DNA from: the human T2T-CHM13v2.0 reference genome, Homo sapiens
Assembly: GCF_009914755.1 (NCBI RefSeq)
Contig: NC_060932.1
Reading direction: 5' to 3' (one strand)
Length of the DNA stretch: 64,000 bases
Shown here: positions 58,138 through 64,000 of the stretch, piece by piece
Layout: the number at the start of each line of letters is the position of its first letter
How positions within the stretch are numbered: position 1 is the stretch's first letter
The notes under the pieces: generated by a model
Told to the model about the DNA's origin: nothing
What the model saw: the letters and a program-made list of their open reading frames with translations, nothing else
Database searches by the model: none
Made by a program: the position numbers and the translations under genes

Positions 58138-58355
58138 CAGTGGGTAACATAACGCCCAAGTGGGTGACTTTGCCCTGGGGGACATTTGGCAATGTGTGGA
58201 GTCATTTCTGGTTTCATAGCTGGGGGTGTCGTTGTCATCTGTGGGTGGAGACCACGGATGCGGCTCAACACCCCACAGTGCACAAGACGTCCCACGGTGC
58301 ACAGGATGCCCCACAGCAAAGAGCCGTTTAGGCAAAACCATCAGCAGTGCCAGAC
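58138..58355 (+). mobile_element. MER20 (hAT) DNA transposon
   Basis: gggtgactttgccc...gggacatttggcaatgtgtggag...gggtggagaccacggatgcggctcaacaccccacagtgcaca. Confidence 0.8.
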
Positions 58356-58430
58356 AAAGATGCCGAGACGCAGGGAGGGAGGCAGATCGGCCAGAGCTCT
58401 TGGACGCTGCTGGTGGCCTGAGAAACGCAC

Positions 58431-58568
58431 AACCAGTGTGGGGCCCGCGCGGGGCCGCCCAGGACAGACGGAAACCAGTGTGGAAACCAGTGTGGAGCCA
58501 CCGTGGTGCTGCCCAGGACAGACGGAAACCAGTGTGGAGCCCGCGTGGGGCCGCCCAGGACAGACGGA
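58431..58568. repeat. 42-bp tandem repeat (3 copies plus an internal 12-bp duplication)
   Basis: aaccagtgtggagcccgcgtggggccgcccaggacagacgga repeated. Confidence 0.9.
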
Positions 58569-58879
58569 GGCTGTGCACACCCTATGGCCTGGCGACTCTG
58601 TTCTGAGGTTCACACCTTAGAAAACCCCTCACATTCAAGCACAAAGAGGCACAGCTAAAAACGTGTATTGCAGCATTGCCATAACAAAAAATGAACACGT
58701 CCGTCAGGGGAAATGGATCAGGATGCACTTGTATGATGCAGTATGTGCTGCATTCAGCGAGGTACTCACAACAGCATGGGTAAATCTCAAAAACACAGTG
58801 TGGGAAGAAAAGGGCCCCCAAAGTACAGCAATATTTATAGGGAGTTTTAAAGCCCTCAAAACAATATATCTTCCTGGGA

Positions 58880-59900
58880 GAATCTCAAGGATATTTCTCA
58901 GAGAAACAGAAAAACCCACCCTAAATTCACATGGAATCTCAAGGGTTCCTGATTACCCAAAACAATCCTAAAAAGAACGAAGCTGGAGACTCACATTTCC
59001 TGATTCAAAATTTTACTGCCAAGCCACAGGAATGAAAGCATCACCGTCCTGATATAAAGGTGGTGTATGGACCAAGGGAACAGAGGCGAGGACCCAGAAA
59101 TAAACCCTCAAACTCAAGGTCGAATGGGCTTTGGCACAGGTGCCAGGATGGCAGGACTCCTCAATGGGAAAAGACAGCCGCTTCCACCGATGGTGCTGGG
59201 AAACAGGACATCCACACGCAAAGGAATGAAATTGGCCCCTACTTTACAGCTGACAAAAATCAGTGCAAAGTACATCAAAGACCTAAATGTGAGACCTAAA
59301 CCTCTCATAAGGAAACACAGGGAAAACTGCCACGATGTTGGATTTGGCAGTGACTTCTTGAAGGTGACACCAAAGGCCCAGGCGACAACAGAAAAAGCAG
59401 ACAGCGGGACTGCGTGGAAACAAAAACATTTCGTCCATCAAATGACATTAAGAGTAAAACGGCAGAGCACACAATGGGGAAAATATTTACAAATCATGCA
59501 TCTAGTAAGGGGTTAAAAACCAGAATCTATAGAGAACTCCTAAAACTCAAAAAAAAAAAAAAAAAACAAACAAAAAAAACCCTGATTCAAAAATGGCCAA
59601 AGGACTTGAATCAACATTTATCCAAAGAAGACACACAAGTAGCTGATAAATCCACGAAGCGGTGCTCACCTCACCCGTTGGGATGGCTGCTATAGAAACA
59701 AAACACAAAGGCAACGAGCGAGCGTCGTGGAGCGCTTGGAACCCTCGTGCACTGTTGGCGGGAATGTGAAATGGTGCAGCTACCATGGAAGCTCCTCAAA
59801 CAAGTAAACATAGAATTGCCACAGCATCCAGCAATTCGTCTCCTGGGCGTACACCCAAAACACTGAACAGGGTCTCGAGGATACGTCTGCACACCCATGC
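58880..59900 (+). mobile_element. Old L1M ORF2 3' remnant
   Basis: ctaaaattcacatggaatctcaagg, gctggagactcacatttcctgattcaaa, cccagaaataaaccc, atcaaagacctaaatgtgagacctaaa, tccaaagaagacacacaa. Confidence 0.8.
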
Positions 59901-61529
59901 TCAGGGCGGCCCCGTCGGGCGGGCACCTTCAACAGCAGGTTTGCTTGCGGCTCACTCCAGCTCTAAGCACAGTGCCATGCGTGCAGTAGGTGCCCACTGT
60001 GTGCGCAGAAGGACAGCTGGCGGAGCAGCCGGACCAGCCCCCACGATGGGTGGGGGGCTGCCGTGGGCACCCACTCAGCTGGTCCCGGGTGTGAGAGGGG
60101 CCGCTGTGACACTGAGTCCCACGCGGGATGACCTTGGCGACCGGAAGCCTCTGCACTTCCAAACCCCGCTGAGCAGCCCAGGTCAAGCATCAGAAAATCA
60201 GGGAAAGGTTCTTTTTTGTCTCTTAAGAGTTTTGCAGCTCTATAGCCTCTCTCCTTCCAGGAATCAGGTAACAGGGCAGCGTCCCGCAAGGACCTTGGGA
60301 GCTGGGGCTGTGGCTGCCCTCTTGGTGCCTCTGGGGAAGGAAGGAGGGAAAGGGATCACGGTGGCCGTCGGAGTTCCCTCCTGCAGCCTGGCCACCCGTG
60401 GCTTCAGACCGCACCTGGGGGTGTCCCAGGCTTTGGACACTCAGGGACGTGGACTCAAGGGGTTGCCGGAGCCACTCAGCTAAAAAAAAAAAGCACCTCA
60501 CCAGGAGTGGGCGTGGCCGCATCTGCCTCTCCCTGTGACCATTTCATGGTGACCTCTGTTCAGGAAACCCCCCGAGGACAGGCCCCTCAGCCTCAGGAAA
60601 GAGCCAGGAAATACACATCCGAGCTTATGAGTTTCCCTTGAGTTGCGTCAGGTCCATAGAGAAAACAGGCGTCTAAGTCTGTGATGGAGCCCCCCACACG
60701 GGTTTATCCGGGTATAACGGATAAACGCCAAGCCCGGGCCGTTGGGACCAGCCTGAGCTTCCCTCCAAAGTCCCCGCAGGGCTCATCACCACTAACAATA
60801 GTGACAGCTAAGGCTGGCTGTGAGAGGGGCTGTCTAGGGCGTTCACCTGCACCAACGCCCCACCCAGTCCCCACCTGTCCTCCCTCATACATGGGTGGTC
60901 TTGGGAGCCCAGATCACAGCCCGCAGGCGGCACAGCTGTGGTCGACCTGGACGTAGTGGCCAGCCGGCCCGGCCCCGACCTGCCAGAGGACCCTGCGGGA
61001 TGTGTCCAGGGACTCCCAGCAACCCGTCCCTGCACCCTCACGCTCACCTGTCATGACTGGCTTCCCAAGCAGGGTCCCTGGAGGCTCTAGCAACGGGGTG
61101 TGAGCACACTTGTCACCATCGAGTGGGGCCGACGCTCCCCCAGCGTGTGTGTGTGTGTCCGTGAGTCTGTGGTCCACATGCGTGCTGCACCCCACAGCAG
61201 GGACGGTTGGCTCACCAAAGTTTGTGTTCAACCAACTCTGGATCCAAAACGCAGCAGGTCCTTCAAAGGTTCACCCCATTTAACTTGCAAGCGGCTCTTA
61301 CGCGGCAGGTGCGGTGATTCCTCATCCTGCGAGCCGTTCAACCAGGGCGAGAAGGCCTCCGCCTCGGCAGAAACAGCCCAAAGCTGCACCTTGCCAGGGC
61401 CACCTGGTGCAACGAGGCTGTGGGCTCCTTCATGCCATCTCTCAGAGAGGCAAAAGCTGGGATCCTGTTAATAGCATTCTCTGTGGAAAACACTCAGCCT
61501 GGGGCTAATGTCTGGCGCGCTCTAAGGCG

Positions 61530-61619
61530 GCTGAATCCCTGCGCCCCGGCCACCTCCACTGCCCTGGGCCGAGCTGAATCCCTGCGCCCCAACCACCTCC
61601 ATGGCCCTGAGCCGAGCTG
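61530..61619. repeat. 43-bp tandem duplication
   Basis: gctgaatccctgcgcccc..ccacctcca..gccctg.gccga occurs twice. Confidence 0.9.
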
Positions 61620-62244
61620 GGCGTTCACAGCCTCCCTGAAGCTCAGCTGCGTGGCCACGTGGGGTTGCACGTCAACTGGGAACTAGGTGCAGCCACAACC
61701 AGGGAGCCAAGGCCTCGGATGTGTGGAAATCATTGATGGTTTCTGCTAGAGACTGTCCTTCTGGTCACGGGATGCCTTTTCATCGTTCCTCCCTCATAGA
61801 AAATACTCTTAGCTGTTCCCAAAGGAGACGGCCCAGAGTGCCTTCCTCTCCCGACTTTAGCTCAGAATCGGGGCATCTGCCTGGGTTCTGCCCCACGTGG
61901 GCCCAACAGAGTCTCCTCACGGACGGAGGCCTGTGCACTGAGCACAAGCCCTCCACTTACCCTCAGCCCTGTCCACCAAACCCTCAGCACTGTCCCACCA
62001 AATGCACAACAGCAGACAGGACACCTACAACAAAAGCGCAGTCCAAATAAAGGGTCGCTGCTGCAGTGGCTGTGCAGCCTCCGACACTGTGACCTCTGGG
62101 GAGGAACGGTGCAGACCTGGCCTCGGCAGGCAGCTCCCTGATGAGGCCCCAGACGTGCTCCCCTGAGGGGCCAGGAGGGATGCTCTGGGCTCTGCCCTCC
62201 CGTCCAGAATCCTCCATGACTTCCAGGCCACGTGTTGGGAGTCA

Positions 62245-62376
62245 CCTTCTGAGCATTTCCCAGCCTGCACAGCCCACTTTCTGCAGGGTCGGAGGGTTGG
62301 TTCAGGACTTCCTTCTCAGCATTTCCCAGCCTGCACAGTCCACTTTCTGCAGGGTCGGAGGGTTGGTTCAGGACTT
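62245..62376. repeat. 66-bp tandem duplication
   Basis: ccttct(g/c)agcatttcccagcctgcacag(c/t)ccactttctgcagggtcggagggttggttcaggactt at 62245 and 62311. Confidence 0.96.
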
Positions 62377-64000
62377 TAAGCCAGATTGCAAACGCACCGA
62401 AGGCGTCCAAACCAGCTCACCAAGCCTGTTCCTTGTGCAGTGACCACACCAGGGCTGCTTCCTGTTGCCTGAAGGCTAACGACACGTTTCTGCTTCTCTC
62501 TTCTCTCTGCAGCCACTGTGGCTTCTCTGGGCCCATCGGGGCTGTAGTTGTGTCAGCCCTGCTGGAAACAGGCTGGATCTGGCCACACTCATTCTGTGAA
62601 ACACCCGGTGGGGTTCTGCAACCAACAGCCTCGTCCCCGGCATCCTGCATTCCTAGCTGCTTCCCAGAGCTGCCACCCTGGGACCTCAGTGGCCTGAGTG
62701 GGTAAAAGCCACAGCTGTGCCTGATTCTGCGGCTCCTGGGCTACACGTTCCTCTAGCCCCATGTGTCTCCTCTCATGCTGCCCAGCATTCCATCCTCACC
62801 ACGTGCTTGGGGTTTTGCTAGGGCAGCTCGCCACTCCTGGGGTGGATTTCTGTATCCCTGCAGAGCCGGCTCGCCTACAATCAGAGCCCCACATGCCTGT
62901 TGTGGCTGTTTCTCCCGTGGAGTCGTCCAGGGCCCAGCTCCTGCTGTCTGGCTCTGCTCATGGCCACTGCAGATGCTGAATTCAAAAGAAGAGGGCAGGG
63001 AAGCTGTGTGGGGTGCTCAGCTGTGAGGATGACCTCACAGGGCCACAGAACCTAGTGGGGTAGGGCAACACAGCCCCACCGTGTGCCTGGGAGCAGGAGG
63101 AAAGCTGGGGGGCATCTGGCAGTTCCTACCACAGAAGCCACGGCTGCTCAGTTGGGGAGTGGAGCAGCCGGGAGTCAAACAGTGCTTGCCTGACGTCCAG
63201 ACCCCGCTGTAGTCACCAGCCGTGCGAGAGCACAGCAGCCAGGGTCCTGCTCTCAACATGTAGCCTGCTCTGGCCACTGCAGGCAGCCGAACAAAATGCA
63301 GGGGCCAGGCTTTCTGCTGAGGACTTTGATTCAACAGATGCACCTTTAACAAGCCACTAAGTTCTGTGGACTGCTTTGCAGGGGCAGGATTTGGTGAGGA
63401 AGCAAAATAATGACTTTACACAGAAGCCTGTTCTCTAGGAGGTCCTGAGTCATTTACATCGGTGACCTGGGGCAGCAGTCAGGCTGCGGGAGCACAACCC
63501 AGGCAAAGCACCTGCTGAGGAAGGGCCCAGCATCCTGCAGAAGCTCCTACCACGTGTGGGGCGCCTGGCCCTTGCCTTGGCGTTTCTTATCTTTTACTTA
63601 CATCTGTGATTTCAGAGCCTCCCAGTGTCCTAAGACCTTGCTTACAGGGCTTTGGGCTAGTTCCAACATTCCTGGGGCTCGATGGGAAGCTCAGCACCAG
63701 ACAGCCACGCTTGGGCACGTTCAGACCCTCAGCCAGCACGGGCCATGTTCTTCGGAGAGGAGGCCTGCTTGAGATACAGCTTCCGTTACAGTGCGGTGGG
63801 CAGGTGGGCCGGTCGTGCCTGAAAGGAGGGCAGTTGATGAAATGCACCTGGGAAGGTTCGTGGGTTCAAAACTGTCTTGTCAGGAGGGAACTGAGTGTGG
63901 GTCAGAACAAGGCCACGGAGGTGGCGTCCACTGAGCTGTGATCGTGTACGAGGGCAGGATCTCGCTTAAATACAGTGAAACTGTCTTGCGATGGAAACTC

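Noticed and set aside
59785-60483. 232-aa plus-strand ORF
   Set aside because: It starts inside an L1 remnant and has the low-information composition of a GC-rich chance ORF.
60702-60726. 9-bp perfect hairpin gtttatccg-N7-cggataaac
   Set aside because: A stem of this length is expected by chance in 64 kb.
59900-62150. Possible CpG-island promoter
   Set aside because: CpGs are moderately frequent but diffuse, with no dense core or first-exon structure; typical of distal GC-rich DNA.

Overview
Primate (most likely human) genomic DNA with no recognisable host protein-coding exon; intergenic or deep intronic. It is dominated by transposable elements: a full-length, dead L1PA5-like LINE-1 (8850-15300, minus strand, 17-bp TSD) carrying a young AluY, about a dozen Alus or Alu fragments, MER57/MST/MLT1/MER34-type LTRs, MER1A and MER20 DNA transposons, and large old L1M remnants. 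It also has four large GC-rich minisatellites (about 14, 80, 33-45 and 39-bp units) and many two- to four-copy tandem duplications, a pattern typical of distal chromosome arms. The most notable observations are an intact, extended L1 ORF0 whose splice donor is in frame with a strong downstream acceptor and small ORF, a 39-bp VNTR that is an array of AP-1/NF-E2-like plus CACCC motifs, and several plus-strand candidate non-coding exons. Repeat subfamily names come from memory of consensus sequences and need RepeatMasker/Dfam confirmation. I cannot place the locus on a chromosome, and I found no proven novel system; the best candidates are hypotheses.
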